From Lytechinus pictus (lineage: Eukaryota), in contig NC_087245.1 of assembly GCF_037042905.1 (NCBI RefSeq), forward strand, positions 14,510,001-14,574,000: a stretch of 64,000 nucleotides of DNA, given 5' to 3'. The position numbers and the translations under genes are program-made. Position 1 is the first letter of the stretch, and every line of letters starts with the position of its first letter. Under the pieces are notes generated by a model. It had not been told where the DNA came from, ran no database searches, and worked only from the letters and a program-made list of their open reading frames with translations. Positions 39,264 through 48,496 of this stretch are shown here, one piece after another.

Positions 39264-40126
39264 TAACTTTCTTCTTATAAACATTTACCCCGAACTATTT
39301 TTAAGGATCTTTCACGTACCTTCTTAGTCCGAAACCTCTATATACGAGTGAACGCTCTTTGCTATCATTAATATTAGTAAAATATGTGAGTTTATAATTA
39401 CTAAAAAATTTAATCAAATGTGAGAAAGCACCGGTAAACTTGGGGAAAATGATTGAGATATTTCTTTTATCAAAATTATAAATATGTATCAATAAATAGT
39501 AATTGAATAACAATTGATTCCTGTATAAAGCTATATTTCGAACAACGTAGAACACACTGGGAGTAAATATATGTAGTTCACATGAGGGTTATACACAGTA
39601 AAAAAAATTATACAACGCTGTTTACTATATGAACCTTACAGTAATTGTTTAAACAGTTTAAACAAGTGTTTAAATCTTAAGCAACGAAGTTTAATTTTCA
39701 ATATCTAATCTTCAATAAATTAAACATGATTGTTTAAATGGTTAAAAAAATACTGTAAGGTTCATATAGTAAACAGCGTTGTATAAAATCTTAAACAGCG
39801 TTTTTACTGTGTATACTTTGAAGGCAACATTAGGAATTGCCAAAATAATACCTCGAAGGCTATTAATTACAAATTCATACAATAGAAATGACCAAAATAA
39901 GCAAGAATATTCAGAACCAATGAATTTCCTAGTAAGAAATATTCTATAGGATTTATTTTAAGCCTATACATCGTTTTTAAAGGGTTGTATAAACATAAAT
40001 TAAGCATGATACGGATAATGATGATATAAATGTAAGTTTAAACTGTAGAAATGAAGAAAAATTACCATATGATGTAGAAGTTGTAAAGACAACGACCAAA
40101 GCAAATATCATCCACGACGTAGCCAT
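1..40126 (-). CDS. Whole gene span: large extracellular mosaic protein, SP-CUBx5-(CTL-FN3)x6-CUBx>=4; 37 coding exons in window, 3' end beyond left edge
   Basis: 37 exons with GT/AG boundaries join in a consistent phase into one open frame of about 7250 nt; CUB, C-type lectin and FN3 consensus motifs are recognisable by eye. Confidence 0.9.
710..894 (-). CDS. Exon 36: CUB8 C-half
   Basis: YDIVEIG..LSGS..WVRFTSDYSTVDIGFSL. Confidence 0.9.
1825..2050 (-). CDS. Exon 35: CUB8 N-half
   Basis: TCGGTL..VQSPNYPQGYPTNLDCVWYL. Confidence 0.92.
2405..2812 (-). CDS. Exon 34: CUB7
   Basis: FNSPGYPNGYEDNQDCAY..FTDFSLENNYDVL..LETDSS..GFSL. Confidence 0.92.
3336..3462 (-). CDS. Exon 33: CUB6 C-half
   Basis: RLSGIFLP..IQIRFVTDNRIEGFGFFFTY. 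Confidence 0.88.
4006..4197. repeat. 95-bp tandem duplication overlapping the exon 32 donor
   Basis: GCAAGTCTTATAGATAAGATTG at 4013 and 4108. Confidence 0.9.
4144..4355 (-). CDS. Exon 32: CUB6 N-half
   Basis: CLEPVVITDAPGNISSPNFPSNYPPSVDCVYTI..EDYLTI. Confidence 0.88.
4879..5178 (-). CDS. Exon 31: FN3-6
   Basis: LTWVPSLFNCDVIGYMIEY..VSGLRASTAYRFSI. Confidence 0.9.
5861..6067 (-). CDS. Exon 30: C-type lectin 6 C-half
   Basis: EGDFRWTDC..NWAPDEPD..DCVQM..WMDWPC..FICE. Confidence 0.9.
6955..7143 (-). CDS. Exon 29: C-type lectin 6 N-half
   Basis: GCPADY..GCYRFV..TWSQARLEC..WWIG. Confidence 0.9.
7386..7795. mobile_element. MITE
   Basis: Perfect TIR CAGACCTGCCAACC; no clear TSD. Confidence 0.7.
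7953..8249 (-). CDS. Exon 28: FN3-5
   Basis: ILLSWVPSDFSCDVTGYRI..VNNLLIDTEYGFRIAA. Confidence 0.9.
8287..8484. mobile_element. MITE
   Basis: TIR GGGCAATTCCATAA / TTATGGAATTGCCC. Confidence 0.65.
8694..8897 (-). CDS. Exon 27: C-type lectin 5 C-half
   Basis: RWVDC..NWAPGQPD..DCGQM..WMDWPC..YICE. Confidence 0.9.
9560..9745 (-). CDS. Exon 26: C-type lectin 5 N-half
   Basis: DCPANY..DCYRFV..DAREVC..GDLVVI..WWVG. Confidence 0.9.
10164..10460 (-). CDS. Exon 25: FN3-4
   Basis: SITATWFP..QCDILAYIL..INNLTPATDYVI. Confidence 0.9.
11155..11355 (-). CDS. Exon 24: C-type lectin 4 C-half
   Basis: EGDWRWGSDC..GEPGN..DCA..WSNQVC..YICE. Confidence 0.9.
11733..11918 (-). CDS. Exon 23: C-type lectin 4 N-half
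   Basis: CPSDY..NCFKV..SWTDARADC..YWIG. Confidence 0.9.
12300..12441 (-). CDS. Exon 22: FN3-3 C-part
   Basis: VDGAQSDSVVVMNLEEDTRYFFTISP. Confidence 0.87.
13147..13298 (-). CDS. Exon 21: FN3-3 N-part
   Basis: YPTDFEA..VSLTWTIPANLCSVTGYRIQY. Confidence 0.87.
14986..15160. repeat. 175-bp imperfect hairpin
   Basis: ACAAATATATCAGGC..GCCTGATATATTTGT arms, centre GGGGCTTCGCCCC. Confidence 0.85.
15456..15644 (-). CDS. Exon 20: C-type lectin 3 C-half
   Basis: MSDSETEGDFTWSTC..DCVYL..ENC..FLCK. Confidence 0.88.
16079..16261 (-). CDS. Exon 19: C-type lectin 3 N-half
   Basis: CPRLY..FCYRY..TWTEASFEC..ADLVTI..GWIG. Confidence 0.9.
17077..17379 (-). CDS. Exon 18: FN3-2
   Basis: LTWSPPAQFCDITGYKV..VDGLSKGMFYTFRL. 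Confidence 0.9.
17652..17846 (-). CDS. Exon 17: C-type lectin 2 C-half
   Basis: EGEFLWTYEC..ENCV..GLWNDANC..YICE. Confidence 0.9.
18174..19045 (+). mobile_element. Internally deleted piggyBac-like DNA transposon
   Basis: TTAA at 18170-18173 and 19046-19049; termini CTCTTT..CGC / GCG..AAAGAG; acidic ORF start at 18421 (MAPRRLFSVDEARELML..DSDSE). Confidence 0.7.
19479..19673 (-). CDS. Exon 16: C-type lectin 2 N-half
   Basis: DCPTGYDYFLGESCY..SWVEARDQC..YWIG. Confidence 0.9.
19760..20655 (+). repeat. Tandem repeat, ~170-200 bp unit, about 5 copies
   Basis: Recurrent GTTCATTGACCCTAAATGACCTTTGACCTTGGTCATGTGACCTGAAACTC..TGTCCAAGTTTCATGAACTAG. Confidence 0.85.
20881..21067 (-). CDS. Exon 15: FN3-1 C-part
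   Basis: IRY..SIVINGLNTSTTYHFEL. Confidence 0.88.
21569..21684 (-). CDS. Exon 14: FN3-1 N-part
   Basis: YPSNFRVEEVSYTKADLRF..LCDVSGYK. Confidence 0.85.
21762..22031. mobile_element. Harbinger-like MITE
   Basis: TIR GGCC..GTCTTACAAAGAG; CTG TSD. Confidence 0.75.
22453..23268. mobile_element. Non-autonomous hAT-like element
   Basis: TIR (C/T)AGGGCTGTTATCG; exact 8-bp TSD TCACAGTA at 22445 and 23269. Confidence 0.85.
23439..23642 (-). CDS. Exon 13: C-type lectin 1 C-half
   Basis: GEWVWVDC..NWQTGAPNN..HCAY..YNDDMC..YVCE. Confidence 0.9.
23824..24036 (-). CDS. Exon 12: C-type lectin 1 N-half
   Basis: DCPEGYEY..CYKFV..SWLDARYDC..GDLVVI..WWIG. Confidence 0.9.
24989..25109 (-). CDS. Exon 11: CUB5 C-half
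   Basis: ILTGSEVPDDVVSRFNGLNLRFKTDSAMSSSGFKLIF. Confidence 0.9.
25843..26069 (-). CDS. Exon 10: CUB5 N-half
   Basis: GEIDSP..YPDDADCQWIVQV..VRLHFLEFDLEYGHDQLLIG. Confidence 0.9.
26614..26805 (-). CDS. Exon 9: CUB4 C-half
   Basis: EHNYDVFEIGTGMDP..SGEMWVVFSA. Confidence 0.87.
27401..27556 (-). CDS. Exon 8: CUB4 N-half
   Basis: YGCSGEIDL..VYCQWLIKTP. Confidence 0.85.
27890..28075 (+). mobile_element. tRNA-derived SINE
   Basis: A box TAGCTCAGTCGG, B-box-like GGTTTGATTC, followed by a non-tRNA body. Confidence 0.7.
28120..28307 (-). CDS. Exon 7: CUB3 C-half
   Basis: EYLEIRSG..RLTG..VTLIFSSGNADLNRTFHAHV; phase 2 to 1. Confidence 0.82.
28475..29950. mobile_element. CpG-rich non-autonomous DNA element, family uncertain
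   Basis: CCCCTA..ACCCCGGGG / CCCCGGGGT..TAGGGG ends, AA on both flanks; left end complicated by a short local duplication. Confidence 0.5.
29990..30104 (-). CDS. Exon 6: CUB3 middle
   Basis: LPEETSNLHCIWRIENSFKERISIEV; GTAAG donor. Confidence 0.82.
30168..30427. mobile_element. hAT-like MITE (CAGTGGCG family, poly-C/poly-T)
   Basis: TIR ..GCGTACCTA / TAGGTACGCCACTG; TSD CTTGAGGA. Confidence 0.8.
31185..31250 (-). CDS. Exon 5: start of CUB3
   Basis: MDIISDRPDTSCGGDLNLGNE; phase 1-1, CAG acceptor, GTTTGT donor. Confidence 0.7.
31416..31584. mobile_element. Harbinger-like MITE
   Basis: TIR GG....GTTTCATAAAGCTGTTCGTAA; CTG TSD. Confidence 0.75.
31770..32025 (-). mobile_element. tRNA-derived SINE
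   Basis: Minus-strand A box and GGTTCGAATTCC B box; body shared with the 57505 copy; (TTA)n-like tail. Confidence 0.7.
32392..32763 (-). CDS. Exon 4: CUB2 (no cysteines)
   Basis: TNDYPMLY..IWNI..DMDTEDQRDWLKV..VEFMTDYSRSGRGFHL. Confidence 0.9.
33917..34040 (-). CDS. Exon 3: CUB1 C-half
   Basis: LTGSSLPKDFIGSGFEVTFISDGVENNATGFSFSY; phase 0 to 1. Confidence 0.88.
34292..34552. mobile_element. hAT-like MITE (CAGTGGCG family)
   Basis: TAGTGGCG / CGCCACTG; TSD GGCTGATG vs GGCTGAAG (7/8). Confidence 0.7.
34951..35159 (-). CDS. Exon 2: CUB1 N-half
   Basis: EDICNPPSTIPGVITSPGYPSPY..NCSIVL..LKFTDFDLREGDDYV. Confidence 0.9.
36489..37196. mobile_element. Possible Kolobok-like non-autonomous element
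   Basis: Right end ..TCCCCTTTAA; left end degenerate AAAGTGGA. Confidence 0.35.
39594..39811. mobile_element. Palindromic MITE with CAC..GTG ends
   Basis: CACAGTAAAAA / TTTTTACTGTG, TA on both flanks, long internal inverted arms. Confidence 0.7.
40066..40126 (-). CDS. Exon 1: signal peptide MATSWMIFALVVVFTTSTSYG
   Basis: AACCATGG start context, hydrophobic core, phase-1 GTAAT donor matching the next exon. Confidence 0.8.
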
Positions 40127-43100
40127 GGTTGCAGCCTTAGTGTAATTTGGTGCTTATTACACCTCCAAAAGTCAGTTCGGATCCTATACCGATATACCCA
40201 CTTCTGTTTTGTCTCTTTTATCTAAAAAATGATGATACCGATTCCTTCCGTATAATCAGAATTCGTTACACTCCCAATATGTGTGACTGAGTAGTTTTAT
40301 TTCAGATCGTTAGCCATCCATTTTAAACTCAGTAGTCCAAACGATAAGAAACAGGTTTGGGTCGTGAAGAAGTTTCAGCCAAGTTTTGAGAGGAACATGA
40401 CTTAGAAGCGTTCGGAAGGCCTGCTTCTGTTCACACTGTCGCTATCAAGAGATCAATCTTGGCTGGTGACTATACTTGTAGATGCCCTTTCGAATCAAAG
40501 ATTAATTATTGACTTATCATGCAGGTATTAGGGTGTGTTTAGAAGGATAAATAAATAGTCAAGAATCATCTGACTGCGATAATGATTAGCCATGGCTGAA
40601 AATCAAGCTTGACTGGCATAATATATGCTTTTATTTGGATTGATTTATCTCGGCCCAACATAATGCATCAAGATTGATATCATTGACACGCATCAAAATG
40701 AATTTTGGAACACAATGAGCCCTAGTACTATATTCATGGCTATATCGCATACTTAATTACACACAATAACAATTATGGATATTATAGAGCTTGACCTGAA
40801 AAATTAATTTTTGCGTATTAAAATACATGTACACCTTCTTGGAAATCTAGATTGGTATTAAAATTACGGTTCAGATTATTCTGCATGGAATAAAAAAAAA
40901 GACTTCGCAATAATATACATATTTATAGCGTACTTTCTGTTCCACCTTTTTGTGTATAGTTGGAATGATTTATTAGTATATATTTCATAGACAACTGGAA
41001 TATTAGGACAAAACTTCTTGGGTGAAAATGCAAGGATTATGGGGGAAGTATTGAGAGAAATGTTTCCGTGAGTGCCGCTTCAGAAAGAGCTGGATTTGTG
41101 AGTTATATATATTTTTGTTTGTTCAATTTGCCTTCACATATTTTTATATTTAGGTTTGATTTTCTTTCTGGAACAGACCCTATAGGAAGACACTGAAAGA
41201 GAACAGAATCAATTAAAGTACATGTAGAAGGAATTAAGCTGTCTAAACTTAATTAAGTTTGTGTGACTGGCAAGATCATCTAATAAATCTTAAAGGAATT
41301 AGATAATTCTAATGATAATCGACACACAGTGTAAACATATTAACGCCCTGTCACACAAGGTTAGCAGATTTTGGTGGGACCCTCTAATTGTAGACATTAA
41401 ACGAATAAATGCGTGCGCTCCAGTTGTGCAACCGTAAGAGATTCTGACCAAAAATATCTGAAGAGAGCATCATTCCAATTAAAGAAAGAATTATCAGTTT
41501 AATAGAATTCATGTAAAAACATGTAAAATTCGGCATGAATTATGCAGGGGTGTTGACAACGGAGGGGCAGGAATTATAATCCCTACTTTTCTGGGTGGGG
41601 GACAATCATCTCCCATGTTTCAAGGTGTATGGAATAAAACATTGTTAGGAGGGCATTATCATACAAGTCATATGTTTACATGTATACATATATACATACA
41701 GACCTCGTGATCATCCCCCCTACACACACACACACTGACCTATAGATGGGAAGCTTTGGGGTCCTCCCCCATCCAAAAAACTGAAAAAGTTCCCAAAACA
41801 AAAACAAAAAGAAAAAGAAAGAAAAGCAAAGCAGGAACTGTAAATATAATTATCCCCAAATATCATGTAAAAATCTACCACAAACAGGGATTTCATTTTT
41901 GTAAAAGGTCATACTTTTTGGTCGTTCGCTTCGCTTTCTCGCAACTAAAAATTAAATTTTACCCATACATGCTATTTTCGTCACTCCTTCAATGTTTGAA
42001 GGGGGTGAGTTTCCCCCAAATAATGACACGGAAACAAAAACAAAACTCATCACTCCCAATTGAAATACATTTGCTCTCGCAAAAACCTAACAAGCAAAAC
42101 GTAAAGAGAGAGAGAGAAAACGAAAAAAATGAAGTAATGAATGTTGAGAAAACAAACTCTTGAACCATTGGGTCAGGCTGGGTGTATACGTGACAAAATG
42201 AATTCTTATCTATTTTAAGTAAGATTGAATATTCATGACGCCGTAATGAGGCGTGCCTCTTATGCGACCTCAAGCTATATTCTAAATTTGACCAAGGGTT
42301 GAGGGATTGGGGCATTTATTTCAATTTGAAAATTTATTTTGCCGGTCTACGACGTTTCTTGGTAATCTATTATTAATAAACATTTAAATGTCATTCCTAA
42401 ATGAATGAATAAATAATTCAAACAAAGTAAATAATTGAATGGATGAAACAATCGATACAGCAGGTCATGTTGAGTAGATGGGATAACGCATAAGAAGCTT
42501 TTCAGGAAATAAAAAGGGGGAAAACAGAGATTAGTGTCACATTAATTGATAAATTGTGAAGTCATTTAAACAGTAATTTAGTGTGGGTTTTTGAAAGGGG
42601 AGATATAAAAGAAATGAAAATTATCGTAACACGTTTATAGTGAAACTTTAACAAACCATATACTGCCAATTTCAAAGGTGACTTCCTGGACGGCTCTCTT
42701 GACAAAGACTTAACTCGAAAATCCCGTTTCGGGAAATTTATGACCACTAAAATAAGTTTGTCAAAAATCAATAAAATTCAAGGGTAGGAAAGCTTTGAAT
42801 TAAATATTGTCACTGGGATAGAGACAAAAAAGAGCAAGGAAGAGCAAGAACAATATAGATCAAGAAGATGAAAGGAAGAGAAAGCTATTATTGATAAGGC
42901 AAAGAAGATTCATAAGCAGCCAACGTCAAAGAAATGGAGCAAAATAGAAACAAAAAAGGTGATGAGAAGCCCCCTTCCCAACATAATAAGCTGATTTTTT
43001 TACACGTCTATTTTGAAGAGCCTTTGCTCCTATCTTTTGTTTGTCTAATTTCTTTTGGGCAGATCAGGAGATGTGAAGCAGATCGAATGGTCAATAATCA

Positions 43101-43186
43101 ATTATCTTGGCCACTGTGTGATTGTGGTCTTGATGATTATGATATCTAGATAATATATTTTGCTCTAAATATATGCAATCTTACAA

Positions 43187-43407
43187 ATTCCAGGTCAGAC
43201 TCGACTCAGAAATCAGTATGTTGGGGGCCACATAGTGTTCCGCGGGGAGATGATTGACCAACAATATGGTCAGATATGACATAAAATATTCAAAATGACA
43301 CCGGAACAAAGGCAAATGTTACCCAGATTCCTGGTCAGTTTTTTTTTCAAATCAGAAACAAAAAATGGCCAAAACGGGCTAATTTCAGGGTCTATCTGAC
43401 CTGGAAT
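43187..43407. mobile_element. MITE
   Basis: TIR ATTCCAGGTCAGA / TCTGACCTGGAAT. Confidence 0.6.
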
Positions 43408-43482
43408 GTTTTAAATGTATTGTTTGTTGAAAAAATCTGACGGCTCTTAAACTGTACTTCCATCAGCACGCCCCCGACTGTA

Positions 43483-43648
43483 CAGGGGCCGCAGAACCTT
43501 AGGGGGGCTGGATGGGCTTCAGCCCCCACTTTTGTCTAAACCATGTACAAAAACGTAAAAATGACCATTTGATTAATTTTATATGGTCAGCCCCCCCCCC
43601 CCCATTTTTGGCTCAGCCCCCACTTTCAAAACCGTTCCGCGGCCCCTG
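43483..43648. mobile_element. MITE
   Basis: TIR CAGGGGCCGC(A/G)GAAC; no exact TSD. Confidence 0.6.
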
Positions 43649-46600
43649 CGATATACCTCCGGACAAAAAAATATAATAAATTTTTCATCTTAATCTTAAT
43701 ATCCCACATGACGAGTATGTTAATAAACATAAACACAACTAGATTCATATTCAATCAAATAAATTTTGTTTACCGCATTGACATGATGCCTTTTCCGTGA
43801 GGGCTCGTATCGCATCTTTGTAACAGTATAGAATATTACTTTTTCGTTCCCGGCCCATCGCTAACATTCCTGTCATTTCTTAAGTATTTCATATCAATAT
43901 TCTAATTGACAAAATTTGTACATTGTACAATATGACCGTTTTAATGGCCGAATAAATGATAACGATAATGATGATAATAACATATTTGAATAAGGTTGGA
44001 TACTGATATGATAACGGAGAGGCCGTATAGTCGATTCTATAACCGGGTCCTCTTCACACACTCGTTGTTCAAAGTCTACATTTGGTTACTTTAGAAAAAA
44101 AAAAAAAAATTTATAGTCCTCCACCTTCATGTTATTTTTATATACAAGTACCTGCAAGTTGATACTTAACACGAATTACTCAGACAGTTGTCGAACAGTT
44201 TGAATACAATCAACTTTTACCAACTCCATGTAGCATACATATAGAAAGAAAAATCATCAAACGATTTTGCTGATGATGTACATTGTGTAATAGTGAGGAA
44301 CTGCCTCATATAGATTTGGGATTACATTAAAGATTAAGATAAGCTACATCATGCCCATGTCTCATCAATTTAAAATTCAATCTACTTTGATAACGGTCTA
44401 TCATGTTGGATTGAACAATGAGGGAATGAATGCTAAATTCAGGTAAACTACTCTACACATGTTGGATTGGTGGAGTTAGCCATACATCCTATGGATTTGA
44501 TAAAGCTCCGTAAGTTCACGTAAAGTGGGCCACACGAGAATTTCCGAAATTTATATAAAAATTTATTTTATATAGCGTATATTTTTTATGTGCCACGGGT
44601 CAAACACTTAAACAGTTTATTTATCCAGATTACTTCATGGTTCTTACAGAAATAAGTTAACTAAATTCTTATCAAAGAAATATTAAAAAGCAAAAATTTA
44701 TCATAAGACAAACTGTTAAATCAAACCCTATTACTTAAAAAGGATATAAAGGGCACTTCGCCAAAGAGTGTGTGTGTGTGGGGGGGGGGGGCACAATGCG
44801 CATACTGGTCCTGCTCCCTCTGCCCCCGGTTGTGTATACCGTACCATTCAGTGCTTTTGGAACCCCTCCAATGTTATAAACGGGTGTTTTGTCAGGCCAG
44901 GTGAGACATGTTCTTTATTATTTTAGGGACTTTATGGACGGGGAATGTTCCCGAGAATATAGTTCAGTTAACACAACCACTCAACCAATTCGACCCCCTC
45001 CACGCATGCGCCAACATACAATACTTCTCTCCGTCTTCTGCATTTTCATCATTTTCAGGCGTGATTCAGACAAACTGATCATTGTTGACCACATGAATAC
45101 GTAAGATCAGCTTCATAATTTAGTAGGCCTAGTAATTTTAATGACAGTTTATATATATATCTGTGGCGAATTGAATGTTATTCTTTATTTGATTACTCCA
45201 TGTAGAATGAGAGATTTTTTTTCTAAATAGTCATAACAACATCCCTGTTATGGTGATATGCAAAGCAATGGTGTCACAGCGTTCCTGTCCTCTTATATCG
45301 ATAATGCTAACAACTAATTGACTTTAGATAATGATATCTCCTCCGTAATATCGAGAAACAAAATGGCAGAATTAGGTGCATGGGGCAAATCCCCCCGAAT
45401 CAAGGAATCAATTTTATTGTTGAAGAAAATAAAGTCAAAATACTTTTTTTTAAAGAAAAAAAAGAAAGAAAGTCCGATCCCTCACTGCATCATGCTTTAT
45501 ATATATATATTGTTAGCCTCTTGCAGTTTTTTTTCCCGAATTTATAGAACCGATGCCCCATGTCCCGAAATGATTGATCTATTGTCATTAAAACCCTATG
45601 TTTCTTTAACAGAAATTACTTTAAAAATCTTCCTCACTGCCGAAGAAGTTTCGGAGCTGATCCTTTCTCTTATGAAATAAAATCGACGTACAATAATTGT
45701 ACGTCAATTTAATGAATCTTCGTATCGTATCTTTCAAGACAAAATTATCACTGAATTTCCTTGAATACTTGGTCTATTTGGAATATCTGAATGCAAAACC
45801 GTATCTCGAAAAGGACCTTTGACTCAACCCCTTGGATTATTGAACTTATTACACCACTGATCTTTCTGACCGGGCGCAGGACAGAAATACTTTGACCTCA
45901 TTGAGATTGTCATTGAGTTTTTCTTCGATCAATGACGGTTTCATCGGTTTGAAAACTGTCTCGTCATCCTAATCCTCCAAATCTTGACCGATGTAACTAT
46001 CAAAGGTATCATTAAACCTCTCCTCTTTCTTTTGTTCTCTCTTACTTTCATTTTTTTCTTCTTTTGTTTATCCTTTTATATATTTTCGTCAGTTTATTCT
46101 TTTTTTATTTCTTTCTTTCCTATGTTTTCTTTCTTCATTTGTCCATTCTAACATCGCTCTTACATTTTTTCTCTTTGACTATTTTCTTCCCTTTTTCTGC
46201 TTTCCCTTAGTTTATCTTTCCTATTTCTTTTTGTCTTTATTACCCCCTTCTACAGTCTTTATGACCCACGATCGGGGTGTACATTGGTCATTCGACTTCA
46301 TCGTTTACAAAACTGTTTTGTCATTCGTCATCCAGCTCGCGATCAATAACGACAACGAATTTATCATGTACTGTAGGCCTACGCGTCATGATTCATTTAC
46401 GCGTAAAACTGTCATCTTTCTTTTCTCTTCAATTTATCCCTTTATTTATGGGTTTCATTCTTTTTTTATACTTTCTTTATTTCTTTCTTTATTTCTTTGT
46501 CCTTTCTTTTTCTTAATCTATTTTCTTTCTTTCTTTTTACTCATTTTCTCCCTTTAATTTCATATTCATGTTTCCCTTTCTCTGTTCTTCTTCCCTTTCT

Positions 46601-48474
46601 TCATCAATCAAACATGCTCTAGTTTCTCTCATTCCTTTTCTTTATTCATTTTTTTTTCTATTTCTTTATACTTTTCGTTGTTTTATTCTTCTTCTGCATA
46701 TTTTCTATATACCTCTTATTCTTCCATTTCAATTTCAGATTCCACTTTAGCTTTTCTCCGAAAACAAGATAGTGAATAACAAACACGTTTCCACAATTAA
46801 CTTTAAATGTGTCCATGATCAAAATGAAAACTTTAACGCAACAAGACCAGTCAAGGGTGCAAACAATCATTTTATTGGTGTATAAATATTGTAATTACTT
46901 TTGGCATAGGAAATCTCCCTTTTAACATGACACAATCAATATCATTACTACCATCACCGTGAAATTGTGAAGAAAACTGATTGTTGGGACTGTAAAGTTC
47001 TTTATTTCAACATAATATATCGACATCGAGTTGTAGGTGCCTCATGTGACCAACGGACTCTTTGTTATCTTCCATAACGTAGGCCAAATTAACAGTATGG
47101 AAACCACTTGAATAAATTATCTTAAATAGCAAACAATATTTGAGTTTGTTTTTTGTTTCCAATGGTCGTGATGGTGCCAAATATAATAGCATTTGGTAAA
47201 TGAGAGACATAGTTTCATAGCTATTATACTTTAGATAATATCGACGTAGTCTATAAGTAGCTAAATGAGGGTTAATTAACCAAATGACATCATGCACGAA
47301 GTGCGTGTGTGTGTGTGTGTGTGTGGGGGTGGTGGCAATTACAAAGTATCCCTTTATAACACTTGATGTGTCTGTATCTTGTTCAAAATAGCATACGCAA
47401 CAAAACCTGTTTTAAAGCTGCATCATTAGTCTTCTGAGAGGGTCACATGAAGCATAATGGTGTAATTCCGACACCCATTGGGTTTATTTTGGTTTATTCT
47501 TATTCAAATATCTTGCAGTTCCATTAGATTTATGTCATTTTGTCAATCAAATCAAAGTTATAATTGTGTTCACTTTGTGTTCACTTTAAACATTAAATCA
47601 GTGGCAAGATTTATTTGCAAATTCGACCGCAGCAAGGGTAAATGTCATCCCCCTCCATTCACATCGCCATCCCAATGCTCATGATGCTAAACAGACTAGA
47701 AAATTGTTCACCGTGCATGGATAAATCGATCCGTTCTAAATACTGACTATTTTTTTTGTTTAGTCTTCTTCAATATTTTATTGTATATGACGAGTTAATG
47801 TGTTCCATTCTTTTGAGTTAAACCTGGGTTCATTCAGACTGAAGAATTTGGATCCAAATCTTAGATTTTATATTCCTTATTAAATATTTACTTTTGCACT
47901 GCGGATATACATGATATTCCAACAATAAACTGAAATACATTGATTATCGTATTGCAAAAAAATACCTTTTCCTGCAGGAATAACATTGATTTTTATTATC
48001 CAGTGAAAGGGTTGGCAACGGTCTCTTTATGAAAATTTAAATTATGAAATCAAATAAGAAAGCACTCCTTTACAAGCGACGCATGTGCTGTCCTGTACCA
48101 CTACAACTATATTTCCAGCGATTATTGTGTAATCTCCATCATGATTATTTTAGTAAATACTATCTGAATGTAGGATTAAAGCACAGGCATGATTTTGCAG
48201 TAAGAAGATTACCAACTTTCCAATACCAATTTGACATCCGATGAGTCTGATGTTTGGAGGGAAGAAATTATTATCTTACTATTCATTTTGTTAATTTACC
48301 CACTTCGATGATAAATGAGGTAAATGCATTGGTATATTCATAAGAGCATGATTATAATAAAACAGTCAATGGCTCAGCTTTCAATAGACTTTGAATTGGA
48401 CCCAGGGGTATATTCTGGAAAAAATGGCTCATCATGATAACTCGAATTGATTATATCGCCATGATGTTATTAAT

Positions 48475-48496
48475 TCACTCGTCTGAATCGTCATCA
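48475..48496 (-). CDS. TM gene terminal coding exon
   Basis: tctctctacag acceptor, SDDDSDE-TGA. Confidence 0.55.

Noticed and set aside
1..40126. Naming the gene cubilin, MRC1 or EBR1
   Set aside because: No EGF repeats (cubilin), no ricin/FN2 (MRC1) and no TSP1/metalloprotease (EBR1) seen in the window
40200..40700. GATA-site cluster as promoter of the CUB gene
   Set aside because: Short motifs are expected by chance in AT-rich DNA, and the transcription start is unknown
41756..47297. Several 60-135 aa ORFs in the intergenic region
   Set aside because: K/F/L-rich low-complexity translations with no domain motifs and no phase-consistent splice chain
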